Source of the DNA: an uncultured bacterium | GTDB lineage: Bacteria > Armatimonadota > Abditibacteriia > Abditibacteriales > Abditibacteriaceae | NCBI GenBank assembly: GCA_963843795.1 | Contig: CAWJLW010000006.1 | Location: 2,108,001 to 2,172,000 of the forward strand | Length of the DNA stretch: 64,000 nt | Direction: 5' to 3' | Shown: positions 39,885 through 48,757 of the stretch, one piece after another | How the letters are laid out: each line of letters begins with the position of its first letter | How positions within the stretch are numbered: position 1 is the first letter of the stretch | Notes under the pieces: model-generated | Told to the model about the DNA's origin: nothing | Database searches by the model: none | Seen by the model: the letters and a program-made list of their open reading frames with translations, nothing else | Position numbers and translations under genes: made by a program

Positions 39885-39985
39885 ATTTAGGTGCTATTTA
39901 AGGTGTAACGCATTGACAAGCAAAGAAAAACCTCCCGCAAGTACTTGCAGCAGGTACTTGCGGGAGGTTTTGTTGATAACTGAAG

Positions 39986-40705
39986 TTATTTGCGCTCTAA
40001 AACCGGTCGGCAGCGCAACGTTTGCCAGAACGATTTAAACGCGACTTTCCACAATTTCCATTTCAAAATTGAAACTGTTCCCGTTCGGCGATCCCGGTAA
40101 GGCACGCGAATGTTAATCAAGCGCAATTTCGCGCGCGCCATCACGCCCGCGATTATTACGTTGGGCGCGAAAGTATCATCGGGAATTTGCGCGATAATGG
40201 GCTGCAACATTTTGCTACGCATCAAACGATAAGGCACATTCACATCTTTCACGCCGCGCCCGAACAAAACGCGCACCGTGATGCGCGAGGCCGCGCTGAT
40301 AACTTTGCGACCCAAAGGCTGCTCGCGACCTCCGCGAATTGCAAAAAGTGCATCGTATTTATGACGGCGATTCCAGAATGCGACGAAAGCGTCCGGCGGC
40401 ATTTCATCGTCGCTGTCACATTGAAAAACCCAAGCCGCTAAATCAACCGCTTTATGATAACCCAACAAAATCGTCGGCCCGTGCCCACTATTGCTTTTAT
40501 TGACAATTTCGATGTGTTCATCGTTCGTGAAGGCTTGTAATGCTGCGCCCGTGCCATCTTTCGAGCCGTCGTTTAAAACGATGAGGCGAAAATTAATGCC
40601 CAAAGCTTCCAACTCATCGCGCCACGAAGCGACAACGGGAACGATACATTCTTCTTCGTTATAAACCGGCATCACGACGACCAATTCGAGCATTGATTTC
40701 TCCAC
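39986..40705 (-). CDS. Glycosyltransferase family 2 (DPM1-like)
   Basis: VVMPVYNEE, NDGSKD, NSGHG, CDSD. Confidence 0.9.
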   Translation of the reverse strand: MEKSMLELVVVMPVYNEEECIVPVVASWRDELEALGINFRLIVLNDGSKDGTGAALQAFTNDEHIEIVNKSNSGHGPTILLGYHKAVDLAAWVFQCDSDDEMPPDAFVAFWNRRHKYDALFAIRGGREQPLGRKVISAASRITVRVLFGRGVKDVNVPYRLMRSKMLQPIIAQIPDDTFAPNVIIAGVMARAKLRLINIRVPYRDRRTGTVSILKWKLWKVAFKSFWQTLRCRPVLERK

Positions 40706-40717
40706 AAACCGAATTGG

Positions 40718-42349
40718 TTACCGCTTGGCAATTGCATAATCCTGCACACTGCGCACACCGACCACGCGCTGCTCGGCCTGCGCACGCAACGCGGTGAGAA
40801 GCGCTTGCGCGGTATCCAGAGAAGTCAAGCACGGCACGCCGTGTTCGACTGCGGCGCGGCGAATGCGTAGCCCGTCGTGATCGCTCGACCGGTCGCGTTC
40901 GGGCGTATTGAGTAGAAAATCGACTTCGGGCGCGGTCAAAACTGTCATCAAATTCGGCGCGTCTTCGCGAATTTTGCGCACCGTTTCACATGCAACATCG
41001 TGCGCGGCAAGTACTTGCGCTGTGCCTTGGGTCGCGTAAATTTTGTAGCCCATTTCGGCGAAACCTTTCACAATCGGCGCACCTTCTTCTTTGTCATGGT
41101 TAGAAAGCGTTACCAAAAGCGCGCCGTGCGCTTGCGAACCGTCGGAATGCGGCTGACCCGGCAGCGGAATATCATAACCGCTGGCGACCATCGCTTTATA
41201 CAAGGCGCGCGGAAACTGGTTATCCACGCCCATAATTTCGCCCGTCGATTTCATTTCCGGACCAAGACCGGTATCAACCATCGTGAGCTTTTGGAACGAG
41301 AAAACAGGTGCTTTCACTGCAACCTGATCGGGTGTCGGATACAAACCGGTTTCATAACCGAGTTCTTTCAAAGTCGCGCCCAGCATCACTTTGGTCGCCA
41401 CGCCGACCATTGGCACGCCGGTGATTTTCGACAGATACGGAACCGTGCGCGAAGCGCGCGGATTGACTTCAATAATATAAGCCTGATCGTTTTCGATGAC
41501 ATATTGAATGTTCATCAAGCCTTTCACTTCCAAGGCTTTGGCCATGCGAATCGCATAATCTTCGATTTGCGCGATGACTTTATCGCTCAGGGTTTGCGGC
41601 GGATAAACCGCCATCGAATCGCCCGAATGCACGCCCGCGCGCTCGATATGCTCCATAATTCCGGGCAACAAACAATCGACGCCATCGGAAATTACGTCCA
41701 CTTCGGCTTCTTTGCCGACAATATATTTATCGACCAGAACCGGACGTTCGGAACTCACATCAACCGCGTTGCGCATATAGGATTGTAAATCTGCATCGTT
41801 CCACACGATTTCCATTGCGCGCCCGCCCAAAACGTAACTGGGACGCACTAAAACGGGATAACCGATTTCACCGGCGACCCTCACTGCAGCATCGCCTTCG
41901 GTCACGGCTTTGCCCGGTGGCTTAGGAATATCAAGTTTCACCAGCAAATCATCGAATCGTTCGCGATCTTCAGCCAAATCAATGGAATCGTATTGCGTGC
42001 CGAGAATTTTCACGCCCGCTTCGGAAAGTGGGCGCGCTAAGTTGATAGCGGTCTGTCCGCCGAACTGCACGACGACACCCAACGGTTGTTCGCGGTCGAT
42101 GATATTGAGCACGTCTTCGGTGGTCAATGGCTCGAAATAAAGACGGTCGGAGGTGTCGAAATCGGTGGAAACGGTTTCAGGATTGTTATTGATAACGATG
42201 GCTTCAAAGCCCAATTCGCGCGCCGTGCGCGTGCAATGCACGCTGGCGTAATCGAATTCAATGCCCTGCCCGATACGAATCGGCCCACTGCCGATGATGA
42301 TGACTTTACCCTGCGTTTTTTCTGCGCTATTCAAAATATCGTCTCCCAA
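40718..42349 (-). CDS. carB: Carbamoyl-phosphate synthase large chain, C-terminal half only (carbamate phosphorylation plus MGS domain)
   Basis: Starts at [82 protein letters not shown]. Confidence 0.9.
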   Translation of the reverse strand: MGDDILNSAEKTQGKVIIIGSGPIRIGQGIEFDYASVHCTRTARELGFEAIVINNNPETVSTDFDTSDRLYFEPLTTEDVLNIIDREQPLGVVVQFGGQTAINLARPLSEAGVKILGTQYDSIDLAEDRERFDDLLVKLDIPKPPGKAVTEGDAAVRVAGEIGYPVLVRPSYVLGGRAMEIVWNDADLQSYMRNAVDVSSERPVLVDKYIVGKEAEVDVISDGVDCLLPGIMEHIERAGVHSGDSMAVYPPQTLSDKVIAQIEDYAIRMAKALEVKGLMNIQYVIENDQAYIIEVNPRASRTVPYLSKITGVPMVGVATKVMLGATLKELGYETGLYPTPDQVAVKAPVFSFQKLTMVDTGLGPEMKSTGEIMGVDNQFPRALYKAMVASGYDIPLPGQPHSDGSQAHGALLVTLSNHDKEEGAPIVKGFAEMGYKIYATQGTAQVLAAHDVACETVRKIREDAPNLMTVLTAPEVDFLLNTPERDRSSDHDGLRIRRAAVEHGVPCLTSLDTAQALLTALRAQAEQRVVGVRSVQDYAIAKR

Positions 42350-42460
42350 CTAACCAATACGATGTGTTTTTGTGATGTGAACCGCAGCAATTTTAGCAAA
42401 ATCGCGCGCATCGAAGTCGAAATTACGCGCTGCAAGTACTTGCAGCAGCGATTGCAAACC

Positions 42461-42503
42461 AAAAATAACGCCGCTTTCATCAAATGGTGAAAGCGGCGTT
42501 ATT
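42461..42503 (-). terminator. Intrinsic terminator after the Cys-rich peptide
   Basis: 16-bp stem AATAACGCCGCTTTCA / TGAAAGCGGCGTTATT with T-run on the minus strand. Confidence 0.8.
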
Positions 42504-42509
42504 GACAAT

Positions 42510-42626
42510 TTACTTCTTGCAGCAATCGCCGCTGCAACAGTTGCTGCCGCAGTTGGGACAACAGGTGCATTTATCGCCGCAGCAACAGCAGGCGGCTTGC
42601 ACTACCAGCATCATGATCGTTTTCAT
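42510..42626 (-). CDS. 38-aa cysteine-rich metallothionein-like peptide (not in ORF track)
   Basis: MKTIMMLVVQAACCCCGDKCTCCPNCGSNCCSGDCCKK*; strong SD AAAGGAGG; own terminator. Confidence 0.8.
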   Translation of the reverse strand: MKTIMMLVVQAACCCCGDKCTCCPNCGSNCCSGDCCKK

Positions 42627-42679
42627 GGTTTCCTCCTTTGAATGGAATGCGGTCATCTCGTGTTTTTCGGGTAAAAAAT

Positions 42680-43129
42680 TCAACCTGAAAACGGTGGAGC
42701 ACGACCGGAAACCGTAGGAGAACCAATTTGCAAATGGGAGGGACTTGGCGGCGCACCGCGCGCCATTATGGATAATAGTGCGGGCCGCAATTGCGAATTC
42801 GGGACGACAAAAAAGCCATCGACAAGAGGCAAAGTTGGCTGGTCAGGCGATTCGGGCGTGAAAAGCGCGGCTTTCAACCAAAGCGCCGCAGGAGCACGAG
42901 TGGCATTTGCACTCTGAGGTGGCATTGACACCGGATGGCAGCATTTGGAAAAAGCCCGGGCACAGTGCGGCGACATTTGGGCACAGACAAGAGTTGCGTC
43001 ACCGATTCGTCCGGTGATAGGGCATGCCCAAGAAGGCGCGGGCAACAGCGAGGCGAAAAAGGCTACCATCGCCAGAATTATTGTCGTCGGCCTGCGCCAC
43101 CTTTGCATTGCCGCTTTCATACGGCTCAT
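42680..43129 (-). CDS. DUF2946-like secreted leader protein with C-terminal RAPP arrest motif
   Basis: Signal/TM IILAMVAFFASLLPAPSWA; Cys/His/Met cluster; ends ...SGRAPPFSG*. Confidence 0.7.
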   Translation of the reverse strand: MSRMKAAMQRWRRPTTIILAMVAFFASLLPAPSWACPITGRIGDATLVCAQMSPHCARAFSKCCHPVSMPPQSANATRAPAALWLKAALFTPESPDQPTLPLVDGFFVVPNSQLRPALLSIMARGAPPSPSHLQIGSPTVSGRAPPFSG

Positions 43130-43223
43130 GAATTTCTAAGTTCCTCAAACAACAACCACTTTTATTACTGTGCGCGCGACATTGCAAGTACTTGCCAGCC
43201 ATAAATTCGCCATACTTTGCGCT

Positions 43224-43796
43224 ATGAAACGCAGCATAGCGACCCGTAACGGCGACGGCGGGCAAACCAAACTCATATACGGCGCACCCATTTCCAAAGC
43301 CGACTTGCAAGTCGAAGCCTACGGAACGATTGACGAACTCAATTCTTTTCTCGGCCTGGCGCGCTCGCTGTGCGAAATGGAAAGCATCAGCCAGGAACTG
43401 GAACAATTGCAGCGCGAAACTTTCGTCGTCGGTGCCGAACTCGCCACGCCTTTGGAAGAACAAGCGAAACTCAAAACGCGCGTCGATCAAACCCTGATCG
43501 CGCGTTTGGACGAAATTGTAGCGCGTCTGGAAGAAATGCCCGGCGTGTTTGGCGATTGGGCTTTGCCCGGCGCTACACAATGCGGCGCGGCGATTGATGT
43601 CGCGCGCAGTGTGGCGCGCCGCGCAGAACGTTGCGCCGTGCGCTGGCATCAAAACGGTGGCAATTTAAGCGCGGAATTGTTGCGTTATCTCAATCGAGTC
43701 TCGGATGTTCTGTGGCTATTGGGTCGTCAATACGAAATCGAACGCGGCAAAAACGGACGTTTGCGCGCAAATCGCAGCGAATCGTTAATAGCTTGA
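43224..43796 (+). CDS. ATP:cob(I)alamin adenosyltransferase (PduO type)
   Basis: TRNGDGGQT, VEAYGTIDELNS, ARSVARRAER, YLNRVSDVLW. Confidence 0.93.
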   Translation: MKRSIATRNGDGGQTKLIYGAPISKADLQVEAYGTIDELNSFLGLARSLCEMESISQELEQLQRETFVVGAELATPLEEQAKLKTRVDQTLIARLDEIVARLEEMPGVFGDWALPGATQCGAAIDVARSVARRAERCAVRWHQNGGNLSAELLRYLNRVSDVLWLLGRQYEIERGKNGRLRANRSESLIA

Positions 43797-43802
43797 ATTA
43801 AC

Positions 43803-43840
43803 ATAAAAGCGCGCTGCAAGTACTTGCAGCGCGCTTTTAT
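43803..43840. terminator. 38-bp palindrome with 12-mer core between convergent genes
   Basis: ATAAAAGCGCGCTGCAAGT|ACTTGCAGCGCGCTTTTAT. Confidence 0.85.
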
Positions 43841-43853
43841 TGATTTGAAGCAT

Positions 43854-45285
43854 TCAACCATGCGCACGCAGCGACCAATTCTGGCAGACCAAGCCGTTGA
43901 GCGTCCACAGATTGAGCGCCGCGCCATCTTGCAGCGCGCAATTGGCAACGTCCAAAGCCAGTTTTCCGCCACCGCTTTTCGGCAATAAAACGTAAGTGCC
44001 ATCGGCGTTGGGGCGCAGTTCCCACAACTGATTGTCTTTGCCATCGAAAGCCGATAAATCGACTTTGGCGCCCGGCTGTGTGGCATCGCCGATGACACTC
44101 AAAGCGCGTTTATCCTCAGCATTGAGAATCGCGTAGAAACCTTCGCTTTGATGCTGCAAACTCCAGCGTTGCGCGGGCAGGTTTTTGTCGTAGAAAGTTT
44201 GCAGCGCGGTGCCTTTGGTATCGCCCGCGCTTTGTGGTGAAAGCAAACCGTGCGTGGGCAGGGCGGAAACGAGGGCTTGCGGCGTGGCATCGAAAAGCGC
44301 GCGCGGCCAACCGTCAGCGTCCCACGAAAGTCGATACAAACTCAAATGATCGGCTCCGCCATAAACGCGCGACCATTCATAATGGAGCGAAACCTGAAAA
44401 TCGTCTCCGATTTTCAAAATGCCCGCGTGGCCCGGCCCGACCAAATCGTCAATTGGCCGTCCGCTCGTATCGTCGAAGCGCGAAGTCAAGAAAATCGTGC
44501 CGCCGCCTTCGCGCAGATCTTTGCCGTCTTTATCGAGATACGGCCCGCGCACATCGCGCGCGCGCCCGACGCGAATGTTGTAACTGCTCGCGGCATCGGC
44601 GCAGCATTTGTCCCAGTTCACCCACAGATAATAGTAGCCATCGTGAAAATAAATTGTCGGTGCTTCGATGGAATTGGCGCGATCATCGGGACGCGATGCG
44701 ATAGTCGTGATTTCGCTGTTTGGCAAGGTTTTTCCCGTAGCTTTATCGAGTTCGACCAATTGCAAGCCGCCAAAAAACGAGCCAAAGCTAAGCCACAGTT
44801 TGCCTTGCGCATCGGTAAAAACGCACGGATCAATGGCGTTGAAACGTTCGCCGCGCTTCGATTGCACGACCATTCCCGCATCTTTCCAGCTGTCGTGGAT
44901 CAAGCGTGTCATTGTGGCGACGACCGATTGTCGAAACGTTGCTGCCGAAAGTCGAAACCGAATAATAGAGAAAATAGCGTTCACCGACTTGATGCACATC
45001 GGGCGCCCACACAATGTTGCTGGTAATTGCGGGCACAGCGGTTTTCACCCACGCGGGCAACGTCTCAAAAACCGAGCCTTGCCGCGTCCAATGCCGCAAA
45101 TCGGTTGATGACCATTGCGGAATTCCGCGTCCGGTACCGTAAACCCAGTAGGTGTCGCCGCGCTTGACAATAGTCGATGGGTCGCGCGCCACTGCATCGG
45201 TTTCGATGGCGGGCGCGGGCGCGAAAAAGCTCAAAAAACACAATGCAAGTACTTGCAGGGCGATGAGACGACAGAAAAGTTTCAT
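43854..45285 (-). CDS. Secreted GH43 arabinanase-like hydrolase with C-terminal ricin-B lectin; frameshifted near 44895-44930
   Basis: Signal peptide from ATG 45285; ARDPSTIV, WAPDV, NAIDP, GSFFGG, IEAP, GPGH; QxW ricin repeats. Confidence 0.88.
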
Positions 45286-46125
45286 TCTTTGCCACTCGAA
45301 AATTTCGCGCCTTCCACGATATAACGCTGCATCAGCAAAAACACGATAACCAAGGGGCGCGACGCCAACTGCCGCCGCCGTGAACAATTGCGCTAAATCA
45401 ATGGTTTGTGCGGTGAGAAACGTTGAAAGCACAACTTGGACTGTCCACGCGGAAGGGTCTTGTCCGATGACCAAGGGCCACAAAAACGAGTTCCAACTAC
45501 CGATAAAAGTGAGAATACCCAGCGCCATCACGATGCTGACCGAGTTCGGCATCAGCAAGCGCCAGTAAACGCCGAAATAGCTCAAGCCGTCCAAGCGCCC
45601 GGCTTCTTCGATCTCGGCGGGAAAGCGCAGATAAAACTGGCGAAATAGGAAAATCGAAAACGCGCTAAAGACGCCGGGCGCGATAATGCCCCAGCGCGTA
45701 TTGACGCCGTTAAGATACGCCATCACCGCATACGACGGCACGAAAGTCACCGCGCCCGGAATCATCAGCGTCGCCACAATCACGAAGAAAACCACGCTGC
45801 GCCCGCGCGCCGGGATGCGCGCCAACGCATAACCGGCCATCGAGGAAAACAGCATTTGCAGCACCAACGTAACGACCGCAATGAACAGCGAATTGCTCAG
45901 TCCGGTCAACATCGGCGCTTCAGGATTGTTGAACAATTTGCTGAAGTTGCCCCACTGTGGCGGACTGGGTAGCCAGCGCCAGGTCGAAGACGTGATTTGG
46001 TCGCTGGTCATCAGAGCATTGCGCACAATGATGTAAAACGGTAGCAGGAACAAAAACGCCAGCAACAATAACAGCGCATAACGCAGCACGGTGCCGATGC
46101 CAGTTTTCGATTCGCGCGTCTCCAT
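45282..46125 (-). CDS. Carbohydrate ABC transporter permease (MalG-like), +1 frameshift at 45354-45357
   Basis: EIEEAGRLDG EAA motif, SWNSFLWPL; removing one C gives APLVIVFLLMQRYIVEGAKFSSGKE*, whose TGA overlaps the GH43 ATG. Confidence 0.9.
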
Positions 46126-46173
46126 AATTTCTCCAAACGGCGCTGCAAGTACTTGCAGCGCCTAAATTCGCTT

Positions 46174-47187
46174 TCAATCGGAATCGCCAAAGCCGAACAA
46201 GCGGCCTTGAATAATTGTCACCAGAAAAATAATGCCGGTTAAAATGAACGCGCCCGCCGTGCCGCGCCCGAAATCTTGATCGCTTAAAGCCAGTGAATAT
46301 AGATACACCAAAGGCGGTCGCGCCAAAGCCTGATTGGCGCCCGCTGCGCCCAGAATATTATAGAATTCGTCGAAGGCTTGAAAGGCGGCGATGAAGTTCA
46401 AGAGCAGTACGGAAATCGTAGTCGCTTTCAATTGTGGCAACGTGATGTAGCGCAAGAGCGGCCAGCCTTGTCGCGCACCATCAACGGCGGCAGCTTCGTA
46501 AATCGAGCGCGGAATTTCCTGCAAGCCAGCCAGAAAAATAATCATGAAAAAGCCAACTTGCAGCCACAAACGCGCCGACACCAAGACCAGCCAATACCAC
46601 GGCGGACTGGCGGTGCCAATCCAGACAATCGGCGCAACGCCAAAGCCTTCAAGAAAGTGGTTAGCGACGCCAAATGATTGCCCGTTGAACAGCGACATTT
46701 TCCACACCAAAGATGCGATGACATAAGAAACCGCCGAGGGAATGAAGAAGACAGTGCGAAAAAACGGCGAACTCCAACCGGCTTTATTCACCAAAAGCGC
46801 CAGGCTAAGCGACAGGCCGCAGGTAAGCGGCACAATAAAAACGGCGAAAATTAAAATCGTGGTGAGCGAGCGCAAAAAAGCGTCATCGGTCAATAAATCG
46901 GCGTAGTTGGCCAGACCGACGAAATGGCCGGGCTTGATGGTATTTTGCGCGTGTGAAAGCGAAAGCAGGAAACCCCAGATAATCGGAATTAGCGTAAAAA
47001 CCGTCAGTCCCAAAAGCGAAGGCGCGACGAACATCCAGAACGCGACTGTCGCGGAGCGGTCGCTGGCCGAACCCTTGCGCGTTTTGCGCGAATGCACGGA
47101 CGCGCTGCTGCCCGGCGTTGGGTTTTCGTGCGCGGCTTCGGCAATGATAGCGGGATTGGATTGTGGAACCGGCTTGTCCATTTTCAT
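46174..47187 (-). CDS. Carbohydrate ABC transporter permease (MalF-like)
   Basis: FVGLANY, FRTVFFIP, SIYEAAAVDGA, ITLPQL. Confidence 0.92.
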   Translation of the reverse strand: MKMDKPVPQSNPAIIAEAAHENPTPGSSASVHSRKTRKGSASDRSATVAFWMFVAPSLLGLTVFTLIPIIWGFLLSLSHAQNTIKPGHFVGLANYADLLTDDAFLRSLTTILIFAVFIVPLTCGLSLSLALLVNKAGWSSPFFRTVFFIPSAVSYVIASLVWKMSLFNGQSFGVANHFLEGFGVAPIVWIGTASPPWYWLVLVSARLWLQVGFFMIIFLAGLQEIPRSIYEAAAVDGARQGWPLLRYITLPQLKATTISVLLLNFIAAFQAFDEFYNILGAAGANQALARPPLVYLYSLALSDQDFGRGTAGAFILTGIIFLVTIIQGRLFGFGDSD

Positions 47188-47267
47188 GATGAAGATGTTG
47201 AAACAATTGAATGATGTGAATCCAAATGACGCGAAGTTGACGCTGCAAGTACTTGCAGCACCGGTTT

Positions 47268-48569
47268 TCAAGCACGGTAACGCAATTCGCGCTGCAATTC
47301 GCGTTCGCATTTGAGCGCTGCGCTCTTAACTTCGGATGCAACGTCGCTGTTGTTTTTCACAATATTACTGACCGCATCATTGAGCGCGGTATTCATTGAA
47401 CCGCTCCACGCCGGTGGCAACGCGTGACCGTATTCCGCAATGCTCTTGAGTGCGACTTTGGGCACTTCGTCTTGCAGCGCTTGAGCACTGCGCGCGATGC
47501 TCAGGCGCGGCGGCACATGAAAGCCGTAACTCAGATTCCAATCGGTTTGAATTTCCGCGTTTTCGATCCACAGCCAGTTGACATATTTCTTGGCTTCTTC
47601 GATGTTGCGGCTGCGCGAATTGACCATCTGCGACCAGCCACCGGCGAAAGTCACCGGCTTGCCTTGCGCATCCAAGGCAGGCCACGGAATCGCGCCCACA
47701 TCGTCGCCCCATTTTTTGTGAATCGCGGGGAACGCCCACAAACCGCCCCACTGCATCGCGCACTGATCGTCGTTGAAGGCCGACGGGTCCCACCAATCGG
47801 TCGGCGCGCCACGCAACAAGGCTTTGGAGGCGGTGAGTTGAGCCAATTTTTTGTAGGCTTCGATGGTGCGTGGCGCATCGAAGAGAATCTGATCGTTTTG
47901 TAAAAATTGCGCGCCCGCCGACCACGGCATCAGGTTAATTAAAGCGCCCACGCCTTCATCGTTGCCTAAATACAAACCTTTGCGCTTGGGCGTAGTCAGG
48001 GCCAGCGCAGCTTGCATCAACTCATCAACAGTGCGTGGTGGCTGCAAACCGGCTTTGGCCAAGAGGCTTTTGCGATAATAAATCAGGCCGGTGTCGTTGA
48101 CCATTTTGACGCCATAGATTTTGCCATCAACAGTATTGACTTTCAGGTCGTCGGGCAGGAAATCTTGGCGAATTTCGGGCGTGAATAAATCATCCAAAGG
48201 CGCGACTTGTTCGGCGCTGACCATCGGAATCGTCAATTGGTTTTTCTCAAAAATGTCCGGGCCGCCCGCAGTCAAAAGCGCGGTGTTGATTTTCGTGTTG
48301 TAATCGCCCGGCACCCAGACGACTTTGACGGCGATGTCGGGGAATTTTTCGGTGTATTGTTTAGCGTAGCGCATCACGGCGTCATGCGTGCCTTCCTCGC
48401 CATATTGGTGATACCATTGGCGCAAAGTGACGCGCGCGCCGGGCACATCGTCGTTGTAACGACAGCCGCTCAGAACGGCACCGGCTGCGACAGTTGCCAA
48501 TTGCAAAAAACGCCGACGCCCAAAATGCGTGGGCGCTTGCCCTGCTGCGATGATTGCTGCTTCTTCCAT
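47268..48569 (-). CDS. Sugar ABC transporter substrate-binding lipoprotein (Tat signal)
   Basis: GRRRFLQ...LSGC lipobox; PDIF, DGKIYGV, YYRKSLL. Confidence 0.9.
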   Translation of the reverse strand: MEEAAIIAAGQAPTHFGRRRFLQLATVAAGAVLSGCRYNDDVPGARVTLRQWYHQYGEEGTHDAVMRYAKQYTEKFPDIAVKVVWVPGDYNTKINTALLTAGGPDIFEKNQLTIPMVSAEQVAPLDDLFTPEIRQDFLPDDLKVNTVDGKIYGVKMVNDTGLIYYRKSLLAKAGLQPPRTVDELMQAALALTTPKRKGLYLGNDEGVGALINLMPWSAGAQFLQNDQILFDAPRTIEAYKKLAQLTASKALLRGAPTDWWDPSAFNDDQCAMQWGGLWAFPAIHKKWGDDVGAIPWPALDAQGKPVTFAGGWSQMVNSRSRNIEEAKKYVNWLWIENAEIQTDWNLSYGFHVPPRLSIARSAQALQDEVPKVALKSIAEYGHALPPAWSGSMNTALNDAVSNIVKNNSDVASEVKSAALKCERELQRELRYRA

Positions 48570-48757
48570 ATTTCTAATCCCGTTGTGGAACGCTGTGTGG
48601 AAGCAGGCAGTTTAGCCGATTTTTCGGTGCGCTTCCGGCATCACAATGCGCGTTTAATCGTTGCCAAATCGAAGCACATAACAAAACGCGCCCTGCAAGT
48701 ACTTGCGCAAGTACTTGCAGGGCGCAATTGTCATTATTCAATGTTCTAAAATCTCAA

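Noticed and set aside
44830..46125. Genuine ABC permease-glycosidase fusion protein (431 aa in the ORF track)
   Set aside because: Explained by a single extra base in a C4 run; the corrected frame gives a canonical permease end overlapping the GH43 ATG.
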